A stretch of DNA of 64,000 bases from an uncultured bacterium (GCA_963745865.1 CAVUYZ010000003.1:131407-195406), one strand, 5' to 3'; shown: positions 1 to 10,901, counted from the stretch's first letter. Numbers and translations: made by a program. Notes: generated by a model not told the origin, from the letters alone.

Positions 1-1
1 C

Positions 2-363
2 GTTCAAGCTGGGACTGGGAGGCCGAATCGGCTCCGGCCGGCAATGGTGGTCGTGGATCACCCTCCGCGACGAGGTTCGGGCCATCGTCCACTGCATCGA
101 GGATCAGTCGATCTCCGGCCCGGTGAACCTCGTCGGGCCGAATCCGGTCCGCAATAGCACCTTCGTCAAGGCACTCGGTGCGGCCGTCAATCGCCCGGCC
201 GTTGATTCCCCTGCCGGGCTTCGCCCTCAAGGCGCTCGTCGGGCCGCAGTTCGCCGACGAGGCCGTCCTCGCCAGCCAGAAAGTGATTCCCGCCGCTCTC
301 ACGGAGTCGGGTTTCGCGTTCCTGGACACGGACATTGCTGAGGCGCTGAGCGCCGTGGTGTGA
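2..363 (+). CDS. Epimerase-family protein (SDR39U1/YfcH-like), C-terminal part. The 5' end lies outside the window and there is one frame break near 200.
   Basis: Frame 2 reads [39 protein letters not shown]. It continues in ORF 178..363 as [39 protein letters not shown], which resembles a DUF1731-type tail. Confidence 0.65.
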
Positions 364-391
364 CCTCGGTCAGAGATCGGGGCGGAGCCGT

Positions 392-1017
392 CTACTCCAT
401 CGGCTCGGTCGAGTGGCGTTGGGCTCCCGTGCCATTCGCACGTCTCGAGCGGGTGCTCGTCAACCATCAGGTCACAAATGGGCGCGATCGCAGCCGCGCT
501 CTCGTCGACCGTGAGATGGGTCGAGTCGACCGTGCGCCACACCTCCTGGTCGAGATCATCGAGGTAACCGAGCGCATCGTCGACGAGACTCACGAGCAAC
601 TCGTCGAACGGGCCTGCTCGCAACCGGAGGCGTTCGCGGAGGACGTCGGCGTCGGCGCGAAGGATGACAGGCCGCGCTTGGGGGTGGGCCAGCAGCGGCG
701 CGTACTGCGCCTCGAAGTGACCGTACGGCGGGATCGGTGCATCGTCGATCACCGGGACGTATCCCGCCTCGGCCTTGCGCAGCGCCCAGTGGATGACGAT
801 CTCACGCTGCAGCGCGAACTGCTCGAGCCCTGCGTCGCCCATGTCGAGCGAGGGGGGATGAAGCCGCCAACGATCGATTCGGGACGACATCGGCCTCGAT
901 GTGGACGCTCCGGTCGAACGCCTCCGCGACGAGCCGACCCACGGTCGACTTTCCGCCACCGGGCGGACCCGTGAGCAACACGATGGGCAAGGCCGATCCG
1001 GCAGGCATCCATGTGAC
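392..1017 (-). CDS. P-loop NTPase/kinase (AAA_33-like), frame-disrupted. The 3' end is uncertain.
   Basis: MPAGSALPIVLLTGPPGGGKSTVGRLVAEAFDRSVHIEADV contains a Walker A motif. IVGGFIPP and the rest of the protein continue in two other minus-strand frames, so there are at least 2 shifts. Confidence 0.5.
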
Positions 1018-1120
1018 GATAACCGCCTGCCCAGGCGGGCTATCGCCCGGCAATGATCCCATTGCCGGCGTCCGGCCACGGCTCTGCGGAGGCGATGAGC
1101 GCCGCGGCCTGAACCTCGGC

Positions 1121-1510
1121 TCAGCGATCCAGTCCGGACGTGTCGTCCGGTACGTCCACTGCATATCCGGTGAGCACGTCGAGTGGAACGATCCCCAGCA
1201 CGGCCTCATGCGTGGAGGCGAGCACGACCGGCGAGGCGGCACCGTCGAGATGGGCACGGAGCCAGTTGGAGGCGGTGACGCACCAACGGTCTCCGGGGCT
1301 CAGGCCGGGGAATCGGTAGGTAGGCATCGGCGTTCGTAGCTCGTTTCCGATCGACGCCTGGTGCTCGAGGAACTCTGCTGTCACCACCGCGCAGATCGTA
1401 TGGGAGCCGAGGTCCTCGGGGCCGGTTCGGCAGCTCCCGTCCCTGAACCATCCGGTGGTCGGGTCGGTCGAACAGTTCTCGAGCTGTTCGCCGAGCACAT
1501 TGCGTTCCAT
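1121..1510 (-). CDS. DUF2237 family protein
   Basis: MERNVLGEQLENCSTDPTTGWFRDGSCRTGPEDLGSHTICAVVTAEFLEH..GLSPGDRWCVTASNWL. The ATG at 1510 lies inside the longer ORF 1121..2116. Confidence 0.8.
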   Translation of the reverse strand: MERNVLGEQLENCSTDPTTGWFRDGSCRTGPEDLGSHTICAVVTAEFLEHQASIGNELRTPMPTYRFPGLSPGDRWCVTASNWLRAHLDGAASPVVLASTHEAVLGIVPLDVLTGYAVDVPDDTSGLDR

Positions 1511-1566
1511 GCCGGTGAGGGTAGGGGCGTCGACCCTGGTCCGTCCCCTGCCGGAGCCGGCGATGA

Positions 1567-2029
1567 TCATCCGGCTCGGGTGATGTCCACGACGTTCGGT
1601 TGGGGGGAGCCCCGGAAGATCTCCCGGGCGAGATCGTCGGCGAGCTCGAGCAGATCGGTTCTCATCTCTCCGAGTGATTCGTGGACGGCGCCGACCGACG
1701 ATCGGATCGCCGTGAGATTGGCCCGGTTCGACCGGAACCGTTCCGCCAGTTGACCGAGACGTTCGATCTGGTCCTAGACGAGGATCCGACGTCCGTACAC
1801 ATTGATCGGCCGGCGCGAGGAGGTGGGTCGGAACAGAGAAGCCGCGGGCGAGCAACCTGAACCACCGACCTCCCCTGTCATGCTTGGTGGCGTGGAACAG
1901 GCCGAAACCGCCGCCAAGCCGCCACAACATCTCGTCTCGTGACTCGTCCGAGAGTGGTGTAGTCGTGAGAAGGGTGATCGTTGCTCTCCGGGGTTGGGTC
2001 GTGTCCTCTGCCACGACGGAGGGCGTCAT
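1567..2029 (-). CDS. Hypothetical protein with ambiguous frame (in-frame TAG at 1774-1776 or a frame break)
   Basis: The 3' part reads DQIERLGQLAERFRSNRANLTAIRSSVGAVHESLGEMRTDLLELADDLAREIF in a frame absent from the ORF track. The 5' part (MTPSVVAEDTT..) is in another frame. Confidence 0.25.
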
Positions 2030-2320
2030 GACAACCGGAGCCTCGAGGTCGAGCGAGACATGAGTGCCAACTTCGCCAGCACCGGAACCGGACGAGCGCG
2101 CCGGGCCCGAGCGCACGGCCGACGGCTCGTACGACCCCGATGACTAAACCAGGCACACCATTCGCATGTGGGGCATCGTCGACCGCAACCGCACCGGTCT
2201 CCAGTGCCTTGCGGGGGACGGTTGGCACCCGCGAGCCGGAGATCCACCACATCGAGGCCGACCGGACCCAAAGAAACAACGCCGCCAGAACACGTTCGCC
2301 CCAGCCGCTTCTATGGTCGT

Positions 2321-2863
2321 ATGGAGGACGACGAGAGGATGGTGAGTATGGAGCACTGGACCCCGATACGGGCCATCACGAGCGGAGCAGTCGCCGGCGC
2401 CGTGGGCACACTGGCGATGGATCTCCTCTGGTATCGCAGATTCTTGGAGGACGGCGGTGAAGGCTCGTTTCTCGACTGGGAATTGGCCTCGCCCGAGGAC
2501 TACGAAGCCGCCGGCGCCCCGGCGAAGTTGGGCAGGCGAATGGTGGAGGGCCTGCTGGGGGCCTCGCTCCCGGCAACCAGCGCGGGGGCGATGACTACCG
2601 GGGTTCACTGGTCGACCGGGATGGGATGGGGCATCGTCCACGGCATCGCCTCCGGCTCGACGCCGAAGTCGAGGATCACCCACGGCGCCGCGACCGGGCT
2701 CGTGGCCTGGCTGGGAAGCTATGCGGTCCTCGCCCCCGCCGACCTGTACGAGCCGATTTGGGAGTACCAGCCGAAGACACTGTGGAAGGATCTCACCGCC
2801 CACATGGTGTTCGGTGTGGCCACCGGAGCAGTCTTCGCCGCACTGAGGCAGTTTCGACGATGA
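2321..2863 (+). CDS. Hypothetical integral membrane protein
   Basis: Lies within ORF 2168..2863. Hydrophobic segments include AITSGAVAGAVGTLAMDLLWY, GMGWGIVHGIASG and HMVFGVATGAVFAAL. The start could be 2321, 2339 or 2348. Confidence 0.5.
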   Translation: MEDDERMVSMEHWTPIRAITSGAVAGAVGTLAMDLLWYRRFLEDGGEGSFLDWELASPEDYEAAGAPAKLGRRMVEGLLGASLPATSAGAMTTGVHWSTGMGWGIVHGIASGSTPKSRITHGAATGLVAWLGSYAVLAPADLYEPIWEYQPKTLWKDLTAHMVFGVATGAVFAALRQFRR

Positions 2864-2938
2864 CGTGGAGTAGCGCTCTGGTGAGCGACTGGGCGAGCTT
2901 CGAGTTGCGACCGCGGCCACTGGGACGGTGAGGTCACG

Positions 2939-3889
2939 ATGCCGGAGTGGATGACAGCAGACGTCAGCCCATCGATCCTCGACGGCGTGAGTCCCGACGC
3001 CCTGCGCATCGAGCGACTCTGGTGGGTGATGCTGGCAGTGGCAGGCGTCGTGTTCGCCGTGGTCTTGTGGTTGCTCCTCGGGTCGGTCGTGCGCTCCCGC
3101 CGTGGCGAGGTCAGCGCGGCGGGAGAAGGCGACTCGGGAATGCGAATCGTGATCTGGGGAGGGCTGGTCGCCACGCCCCTCATCCTGATCGCCGTCTTCA
3201 TCATGGCCCTCCTCGACCTGCGGGCGTTGTCAGCCGAACGGGATCCAGACGTGGAAGTCGTCGTCACCGGCGCTCAATGGTGGTGGCGCATCGAATACCC
3301 TGGCACCGACGCCGTCACTGCCAACGAGATCCACGTGCCGATCGGCCGCGACATCCGATTCGTCCTCGAGTCCGACGACGTGATCCACAGCTTCTGGGTC
3401 CCCGAGGCCGGACCGAAGATGGACATGATCCCTGGAAAGACGAACGAGTTGTTCCTGCGTTTCGAAGAATCGGGCACATACCGGGGTGTATGTGCCGAGT
3501 TCTGCGGGCTCCAGCACGCCCGGATGCAGGTGGTGGTGTACGCCGAACCGGAGGAAGATTTTCGAGCATGGCTCGACCACCAGGCATCGCCGGCCCCGAA
3601 GCCGGCGACACCGGCCGAGCAGAGAGGCAGTGACCTCTTCTTGGGTAGTCCGTGCGTTGGCTGCCACACCATTCGGGGTGTCTCCGATGTCGGGCACGCC
3701 GGGCCCGACCTCACCCACCTCGCCTCTCGAGACACGATCGGGGCCGGGGTCTTCGAACTCACGAGGGAGAAGCTGACGTCGTTCCTCCACGACCCGAACA
3801 TGTTGAAGCCGGGCCTGCTCATGCCCCCGGCAGGGCTCGACGATGAAGAACTGGCCGATCTCGTCACGTACCTTGGGAGCCTGAGATGA
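2939..3889 (+). CDS. ctaC: Cytochrome c oxidase subunit II with a fused C-terminal cytochrome c domain (caa3-type)
   Basis: CuA motif CAEFCGLQHARM preceded by HSFWVPE, plus a heme-c motif CVGCH. The stop overlaps the ctaD start. Confidence 0.9.
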   Translation: MPEWMTADVSPSILDGVSPDALRIERLWWVMLAVAGVVFAVVLWLLLGSVVRSRRGEVSAAGEGDSGMRIVIWGGLVATPLILIAVFIMALLDLRALSAERDPDVEVVVTGAQWWWRIEYPGTDAVTANEIHVPIGRDIRFVLESDDVIHSFWVPEAGPKMDMIPGKTNELFLRFEESGTYRGVCAEFCGLQHARMQVVVYAEPEEDFRAWLDHQASPAPKPATPAEQRGSDLFLGSPCVGCHTIRGVSDVGHAGPDLTHLASRDTIGAGVFELTREKLTSFLHDPNMLKPGLLMPPAGLDDEELADLVTYLGSLR

Positions 3890-5770
3890 CGACGGGCGCC
3901 CGCAGGGAGACGCTGGACGGGCTCACGGCAACCTGGACTGGAGGGGACCGCCTGATCGACTCTCTCGCCTCGACAGACCACAAGGCGATCGGCAAGCGCT
4001 ATCTGGTCACGGCAGCGATCTTCTTCGTCCTGGCCGGAATCCAAGAGCGCGGTGATGCGCACCCAGCTGGCCGCCTCCGAGCTCGAGCTCGTCAGCCCCG
4101 ATCTCTACAACCAGCTGTTCACCATGCACGGTGTGACGATGATCTTTCTGTTCGCGACACCGATGCTCGCCGGATTCGGAAACTATCTCGTGCCACTCCA
4201 GATCGGATCTCGCGACATGGCGTTTCCCCGACTGAACGCTCTCAGCTACTGGGTCTATCTCGCGTCCGGCCTGTTCCTCTATCTGGGATACCCGTTTGGC
4301 GTCGCCCCCGAGAACGGATGGTTCAACTACGTCCCGCTGGCCGGCTCCGAGTTCACCACCACCTCGAGCACCGACTTCTACACCCTCGGCATCGTGTTCC
4401 TGGGGATCAGCACCACCGTCGGGGCGATCAACTTCATCGTCACGATTCTCAAACTCAGGCGGCCGGGCATGGCGATCAGTCGCATGCCTCTGTTCTGTTG
4501 GTCGATGCTGGCCACCTCGCTCGCGTTGGTGTTCGCGCTCCCCTCGTTGACACTCGCCAACCTGATGTTGTCGGCGGATCGGCTCTTTGGTTTCCACTTC
4601 TTCGATGCTGCTGCCGGCGGGAGCCCGGTGCTCTGGCAGCACCTGTTCTGGATCTTCGGGCACCCCGACGTGTACATCATCCTGCTCCCGGCCCTCGGCA
4701 TCGTGTCCGCCATCGTCCCGGTGTTCTCACGCCGCCCGATGGTCGGGTATCTGTGGGTCGCCATGGCGATGATGTCGCTGGCGATCATCAGTTTCGGGGT
4801 GTGGGTCCATCACATGTTCGTGGTCGGATTGCCCGCCGTCTCGCTCGGATTCTTCGGGGCCGCCAGCGCCCTCGTCACCATCCCGAGCGGCATCCAGATC
4901 TTCGCCTGGCTGGCGACGATGTGGGAGGGACGGGTCCGGCTCCAGGCACCGATGTCGTACGTCTTCGGCTTCATCGTGACGTTCGTGCTCGGAGGTTTCA
5001 CCGGAGTGATGTTCGGGGCGGTGCCCTTCGACCAACAGATCACCGATTCGTATTTCGTGGTGGCCCATTTCCACTACGTGCTGTTCGGGGGCGCCGTCTT
5101 CCCAATCCTCGCCGGATTGGCGTTCTGGCTCCCGAAGATCACGGGGCGACTGATGTCGGCCCGGCTTCAGGTCTGGGCTTTCTGGCTGATCTTCGTCGGT
5201 TTCCACATCACGTTCTTCCCCATGCACGTGGCCGGCCTCTTTGGCATGCCGCGCCGTATCTACACCTATCCCGCCGGCCTCGGATGGGACGTGTGGAATC
5301 TCGCCTCGACGCTCGGGATGATCGTGTTGACTGCCGGATTCGCCGTTTTCGTGTGGGACGTGGTGGCGGCGATGCGGCACGGCCCGGAAGCCGGGCCGAA
5401 CCCGTGGGATGCGGATGGGCTCGAATGGGCGACATCCTCCCCACCGCCGCCGTTCGATCACGCCGCCCTCACTCCGGTGACTTCGAGAAACCCCCTGTGG
5501 GACGACGGTGACCGAAAGGCCATCGAATCCGCCGCGGGCCCGGCACTCGCCGGCGATCATCACGAGGTGCTCGGCACGACGGTCGTCGAAGGCGACCCGG
5601 ATCAAGTGATCCGGATGCCGGGGGACTCCCATTGGCCGCTCCTTCTGGCGATCTCCATGCTCGTCCTCTTCCTCGGCCTGCTCACCCGCTTCTGGGCCGT
5701 CGGATGGGTCGGCTCCGCCCTGGTGGTTGCATGCATCGTCGGATGGTGGCGAGAGAAGGGCATCGGATGA
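3886..5770 (+). CDS. ctaD: Cytochrome c oxidase subunit I, with one frame break near 4045
   Basis: The N-terminus (STDHKAIGKRYLVTAAIFFVLAG) is in ORF 3886... The body (MHGVTMIFLFATPM..WVHHMF..HFHYVLFGG) is in ORF 4052..5770. Confidence 0.9.
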
Positions 5771-6381
5771 CCGATCGACGTGTCGTGGTGGACATCGATG
5801 CCCTCCCGACCAATCCCGAAGAGGGCAGCCGGCCGGTCGCCTGGTGGGGGACGTGGCTCTTCATCGCAACCGAGGCGATGATCTTCGCCGCGCTCATCAG
5901 CTCCTACTTCTTCTTGCGGTTCGGGTCTGAGGACTGGCCCCTCGGCGGGATCGAGCCGCCCGAGCTGCTGTTTCCTGCCATCGGGACCGGCCTGCTGTTC
6001 GCTTCGAGCGTCACCGCCCAGTGGTCGGAGCGCAGCATCGCGCGATCAGACGCTTCCGGGCTTCGACTGGGCCTCGGGATCACGATCCTCCTTGGCTGTG
6101 GCTTTCTCGGGATCCAGGCGCACGAGTACGCAACGTCCACCTTCGGGCCCGGCACGAACGCCTACGGTTCGATCTTCTTCGGCGTCACAGGGTTCCACGG
6201 CTTCCACCTGCTCGTCGGCATCGCCATCCTCACGGCCGTGCTGGCCGCGGCACTCCGGCCGGGTCGGTACACCGCCGACCACCACCTGCCCATTCGCCTG
6301 GCGATCATCTACTGGCATTTCGTGGACGTGGTGTGGATCGTCGTCTTCACTTCCCTCTATCTCTCCGAGAGACTGTCATGA
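5767..6381 (+). CDS. ctaE: Cytochrome c oxidase subunit III
   Basis: MTDRRVVVD..AWWGTWLFIATEAMIFAALISSYFF..GFHGFHLLVG..IYWHFVDVVWIVVF. The start forms an ATGA overlap with the ctaD stop. Confidence 0.9.
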   Translation: MTDRRVVVDIDALPTNPEEGSRPVAWWGTWLFIATEAMIFAALISSYFFLRFGSEDWPLGGIEPPELLFPAIGTGLLFASSVTAQWSERSIARSDASGLRLGLGITILLGCGFLGIQAHEYATSTFGPGTNAYGSIFFGVTGFHGFHLLVGIAILTAVLAAALRPGRYTADHHLPIRLAIIYWHFVDVVWIVVFTSLYLSERLS

Positions 6382-6748
6382 GCAAGGATCTGCTGCACAG
6401 GCCGCTGCGAGAGACCTGGAAATGGTGGTCGGCGCTGATCGTGGCACCCGTGCTGTGGGGGGCTCGCTTGCTCGCAGGGTGGGCCATCGCCGAGATCGCG
6501 TGTGCTCGGGCTGGGCTCCCAGCACCGGCTACTACGCCATCGAGACGGCCATCCTCGCGCTGGCAATCGTGCCGATCGCATTGACCGGCCTGGCAGCGGG
6601 CTCTGCGCTCCGGGGCTCGGCCGGTGGCGTCGAGGTCGATCCGGTGGAGGTCTATCCGTTCCTGGCGATCACCAGCGTGCTCTCGGCGGTGATCTTCGGC
6701 TCCCTCGTCATCGTCGAGGCCTTGACCGTCTATGTGGTGACGTGCTGA
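6378..6748 (+). CDS. Small membrane protein in the oxidase operon (possible subunit-IV-like), with one frame break near 6510
   Basis: MSKDLLHRPLRETWKWWSALIVAPVLWGARLLAGWAIAEIA, then YYAIETAILALAIVPIALTG..FLAITSVLSAVIFGSLVIVEAL in a second frame. The start forms an ATGA overlap with ctaE. Confidence 0.45.
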
Positions 6749-7556
6749 TGGACACGCTCTCGGCCGTTCCCCTCTCGGCCCTGGCCATCTGGGGGTTCCT
6801 GTATCTCCGGGCGGTCGTGGATCTGCGCAGACGAGGTGATCGTGGTCCGCTCGGTTGGGATCGGATCGGAGCCTTCGCTATCGGCTGGTCCATGGCCGTG
6901 GCCGCCATCGTCCCCCCGCTCGATCTGGCCGCCGAGCACTCTCTCGCCGCACACATGGCTCAGCACGACTTGCTGCTCGTGGCACCCCTCCTCCTCATCG
7001 CAGGAAGGGGTGGCACCGGAGCAATACTCGGTGTCCGCCGCCCTCTGCGCAGCCGGGTGGCGAGGGCCGCTCGTCACATCGCGAAGCTTTTCGACATGTT
7101 GCTCCGGCGGCCCGTCGGTCTGGCCGCCCTCCTGGTGACGCTGGCGGTCTGGCACCTCCCTGCCCTCTTCGATGCGACCCTCGCATCGCCTTGCTCCACG
7201 GGCTCGAGCACGCGAGCTTCTTGCTGGTTGGAGTCGTCTTCTGGGCATCGATCATCGGGATTCCCCACTCCCACAGGATGAGCTACGGGCTGTCCATGCT
7301 GTCGGTCTTCGTCGCATCGCTCGTCGGTACCGCATGGGGCGGCCTGTTGACGTTTTCGACATCCCGATGGTTTCCCCTCCACGCCGAGAGAGCGACAGCG
7401 GCAGGGATCGATTGGCTGGCAGACCAGCAGCTCGCCGGATTGATCATGTGGCTCCCGACCGGCATCGTGTTCATCTCGGTGACGGTGTGGCTGGGGTCGA
7501 CATGGCTTCGAACGGTGGATGCCCGAGCAGGCGGCGTGGGGGTAGGGCGAACATGA
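6748..7556 (+). CDS. ctaG: Cytochrome c oxidase assembly factor CtaG (Caa3_CtaG family), with one frame break near 7180
   Basis: MDTLSAVPLSALAIWGFLYLRAV..AAHMAQHDLLLVAPLLLIAG, then LLHGLEHASFLLVGVVFWASI..DQQLAGLIMWLPTG. Confidence 0.75.
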
Positions 7557-8299
7557 AGAGATTTCTCCCCCTCCTGATCCTGGCACTGCTCTCGTTGCCT
7601 CTGACCTCGAGCGCCGACGAAGGGGAGGACGCATTCTTGTCCGAATGCGCCGGTTGCCACGGACCGGTGGGCACCGGCACTGCCTGGGCGCCGTCCATCT
7701 TCGAGGAGGGGGGAGCCGGTGCCGATCTGATGATGCGGACCGGCCGAATGCCGCTACGACGACCGGATGACCCGATTCTCAGGGGCCCGCAGAAACTCAC
7801 AGACGATCAAATCGCCGCCATCGCGCGCTACGTGTCGGGTCTCGGGGGCCCGGCCATCCCGGATCCCCAGCCGCAGGCCGGCGACATCGGGCTCGGCTCG
7901 CAGATCTACCTGATCAACTGCGCCGCGTGCCACGGAGCGACGGGCGTGGGGGCGGCTCTCGTGCACTCTGACAACGCTCCCTCGATCCTGCCGGCAGGGA
8001 GTCTCGACATCGCCGAGGCGGTGCGTTCCGGCCCGCTCTCGATGCCCGCGTTCAGCGAGGATTCCATCGATGCCCATCAACTCGACTCACTCGTCGCATA
8101 TGTCTCTGCGATGTCCGAGGGCCGTGCCCGGGGCGGCTGGTCGCTCGGGCGGTGGGGCCCAGTCGCCGAGGGAGCGGCGGCGTGGCTCGTTGGCGTGGTC
8201 GCCGTGATAGGAGCCGCCCGATGGATCGAAGGCGGCCGAGGCACGGAGGAGGAACCAGACGGGGAAGAAGAAGAAAGAGAGGAGGAGGAAGAGGAGTGA
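7553..8299 (+). CDS. qcrC: Diheme cytochrome c subunit of the bc1 complex
   Basis: Signal peptide MKRFLPLLILALLSLPLTSSA, two CxxCH motifs (CAGCH, CAACH), a C-terminal TM segment and a poly-Glu tail. Confidence 0.85.
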   Translation: MKRFLPLLILALLSLPLTSSADEGEDAFLSECAGCHGPVGTGTAWAPSIFEEGGAGADLMMRTGRMPLRRPDDPILRGPQKLTDDQIAAIARYVSGLGGPAIPDPQPQAGDIGLGSQIYLINCAACHGATGVGAALVHSDNAPSILPAGSLDIAEAVRSGPLSMPAFSEDSIDAHQLDSLVAYVSAMSEGRARGGWSLGRWGPVAEGAAAWLVGVVAVIGAARWIEGGRGTEEEPDGEEEEREEEEEE

Positions 8300-9123
8300 C
8301 GAGACGAAGGATCGGCCTCGCCTTGGTTCTCAGTATCGGAGCATCGATAGGGCTGATGGTGACGTATCTCACCGGAGGAAATCCCCGATGGGAGGGTGCC
8401 CTGCTGGGCGTGGCTCTCGGAACCATCGGCTGGGCGATGATCGTGGCTGCCCACGAGATCTTCGACGAGAGGGTCTCCGAAGAGCACGAGGAGCTGGCAT
8501 CAGCGCCGCCGGACCGGGACGCCGTGAGCGAGACGATGCGGCGACCGGTCAGCCGCCGAGCTCTGTTGGTATGGTTCTTCGTGGCCGCCTTCAGCGCTTT
8601 GGCGGGAGCGCTCGGTTTTCCCATCGACTCGATCGCAGGAAGCTCGAGCCGCGATCTCTTCGATACGGCATGGTCTCGCGGCATTCGGCTCGTCGATGGG
8701 AGCGGGGAACCCATCAGGGTCGACACCTTGGCCGCTGGTGGAGCCATCACCGCCTTCCCCGAAGGCGATCGCCAAGCGTCGGACTCGATCGTCATGTTGA
8801 TTCGAGCCGACCCCGCCGCGCTGATAATGCCTGACGATCGTCGAGAGTGGGCACCGGAGGGTTACGTCGCCTATTCGAAGATCTGCACGCACGCCGGGTG
8901 CCCCGTGGGGCTCTTCGACACCCAGACAGGGCTGCTCGTATGCCCATGCCACCAGTCGTCCTTCGATGCGCTGAGCGGTGCCGAGCCCCGCTCCGGCCCC
9001 GCTGCTCGGCCATTGCCGCAGATGCCGCTGGTCATCGATGACAACGGCTATCTGAGATCCGCCGGTCGCATGTCGGGCCCGGTGGGACCTGGCTTCTGGA
9101 ACCTGCCTGAGGGCCGATCGTGA
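8296..9123 (+). CDS. qcrA: Rieske Fe-S subunit of the bc1 complex
   Basis: Rieske motifs CTHAGCP and CPCHQS. The GTG start forms a GTGA overlap with the qcrC stop. Confidence 0.85.
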   Translation: MTRRRIGLALVLSIGASIGLMVTYLTGGNPRWEGALLGVALGTIGWAMIVAAHEIFDERVSEEHEELASAPPDRDAVSETMRRPVSRRALLVWFFVAAFSALAGALGFPIDSIAGSSSRDLFDTAWSRGIRLVDGSGEPIRVDTLAAGGAITAFPEGDRQASDSIVMLIRADPAALIMPDDRREWAPEGYVAYSKICTHAGCPVGLFDTQTGLLVCPCHQSSFDALSGAEPRSGPAARPLPQMPLVIDDNGYLRSAGRMSGPVGPGFWNLPEGRS

Positions 9124-10457
9124 TCGACCGTCTCTTCGGGGCGCTGGACGACCGACTGGGGATCGCCGGCGTCTTTCGCAAAGAGTTGCGCAAGCCCTTC
9201 CCGTCCCACTGGTCTTTTCTGCTCGGGGAGATCGCCCTCTACAGCTTCGTGGTCCTGGTCCTCACCGGCATCTTCCTCACGTTCTTCTTCGAGCCGAGCA
9301 GCGCCGAGGTGGTCTATGACGGAGCCTACGAGCCACTTCGAGGGGTCGAGGTGTCACGAGCCTATGCTTCCACGCTGGAGCTCAGCTTCTCGGTACACGC
9401 CGGGCTCGTGATGCGGCAGGTCCATCATTGGGCAGCACTCGTGTTCATCGCCGCCATCGTCGTCCACATGGCCCGGGTCTTCTTCACCGGGGCGTATCGC
9501 AAACCCCGGGAGCTGACATGGATCGTCGGCGTAACGATGCTCCTGTTGGCTATGGGCAATGGGTTCCTCGGCTATTCGTTGCTCGACGACATCCTGTCGG
9601 GGACCGGTGTGAGGATCGCCTACTCGATGGCTCTCTCCGTCCCATGGGTGGGCCCGTGGCTCGTCCTCGCTGTCTTCGGTGGGGAGTTCCCGTCGCCCGA
9701 GATGATCCCTCGCTTCTATTCGATGCACATCCTGATCATCCCCGTGCTCATCGGGCTGCTCGTGACAGTGCACCTCGGGCTGGTCTGGCGCCAGAAGCAC
9801 ACGCAGTTCCCTGGGCCCGGGCGCGACGAGTCCCGGGTCGTCGGCACACCCCTCTGGCCCGGGTACGCCACCAAGTCCATCGGCTTCTTCTTCCTGGTGG
9901 CAGCCGCGCTGGCGCTCCTCGGCGGCTTGGTCCAGATCAATCCGATCTGGCTCTATGGCCCGTACGATCCGGCGGCGGTGACCAGCCCCGCCCAGCCCGA
10001 TTGGTATGTGGGATGGGCGGAAGGCGCCCTGCGTCTGTTCCCAGGGGTCAACCTGGAACTTGGCGGCTTCCTGCTCCCTGCGGTCTTCTTCCCGGGCGTG
10101 GTGCTTCCTGGGCTGACCTTCCTCCTCGCATATGCATGGCCATTCCTGGAAGCCCGATGGACCGGAGACCACGACGTACACCACCTCCTGGACCCACCGA
10201 GCCGACAGCCGGTGAGGACGGCGGTCGGGATCACCGCCATCACGTTCTACGGGACTCTCCTGGTGGCCGGCAGCGATGACGTGATCTCACTGGTCACAGG
10301 GGCGTCGATCGTGACGCTGGTGTGGGCATTGAGGATCTCCGTCATCGTTCTCCCACTCCTGGCGGGATGGATCACGTTCCGGCTCCTCGAAGAGAGACAG
10401 ACGCAACGCCCGCGTCCACGACGATCGTCTACCCCGAGGAGACGAGAACGCGGGTGA
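9120..10457 (+). CDS. qcrB: Cytochrome b subunit of the bc1 complex
   Basis: Intact 445-aa ORF: FPSHWSFLLGEIALYSFVVLVLTGIFLTFFF..RQVHHWAALVF..FYSMHILIIP. The start forms a GTGA overlap with qcrA. Confidence 0.9.
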   Translation: MIDRLFGALDDRLGIAGVFRKELRKPFPSHWSFLLGEIALYSFVVLVLTGIFLTFFFEPSSAEVVYDGAYEPLRGVEVSRAYASTLELSFSVHAGLVMRQVHHWAALVFIAAIVVHMARVFFTGAYRKPRELTWIVGVTMLLLAMGNGFLGYSLLDDILSGTGVRIAYSMALSVPWVGPWLVLAVFGGEFPSPEMIPRFYSMHILIIPVLIGLLVTVHLGLVWRQKHTQFPGPGRDESRVVGTPLWPGYATKSIGFFFLVAAALALLGGLVQINPIWLYGPYDPAAVTSPAQPDWYVGWAEGALRLFPGVNLELGGFLLPAVFFPGVVLPGLTFLLAYAWPFLEARWTGDHDVHHLLDPPSRQPVRTAVGITAITFYGTLLVAGSDDVISLVTGASIVTLVWALRISVIVLPLLAGWITFRLLEERQTQRPRPRRSSTPRRRERG

Positions 10458-10485
10458 TTCCCCCATACTGGTCCAGACATTCCTC

Positions 10486-10901
10486 GTGATGACAGGATCC
10501 GTAATCGAACCCAGGATCATGGAGACGACGGAGCAGGCCGTCAAGGACCCTCCGACGTCGATCTCGACTCCACGGAGGACGACGTCCAAGATGGTCTCGA
10601 TCACGTGTGGAAGTCCGAGACCCGCGAGGAGATCCCCGGCGCCGGGTGGAGAAGCGACCAGCTGGACATCAGTCGTGGCGATCACCTCCGAGCACCCTCT
10701 GACGGTCCCATCGCCGCCTTGCGAGGAATGGACTTCGTGACGGACGTCGTCGTGGGCTTTCTCCTCGGGGCAGCCGCCTCCTGGGTGGCGATCCGCGTGG
10801 TTCGGAACCGGCTCACAGAGGGGATCGACGTGACTGCGCGACGAATCGGGATCGTCGTCGACCCCATGAGTCATCCTGGGCCGGGCCCACTCGAGCGCTG
10901 A
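10486..10901 (+). CDS. Possible PAP2-like membrane phosphatase remnant with broken frame. Both strand and extent are uncertain.
   Basis: GSPRP..SPAPGGEATS is weakly like RPRP..SFPSGHATS. LRGMDFVTDVVVGFLLGAAASWVAI is like SR..G.H..D..G. GC3 is high in ORF 10605..10901. Confidence 0.3.

Noticed and set aside
8255-8296. Purine-only GA-rich tract (gaagaagaagaaagagaggaggaggaagaggag)
   Set aside because: It is in frame within qcrC and encodes the poly-Glu C-terminal tail. It also supplies the RBS for qcrA. It is not an independent repeat element.
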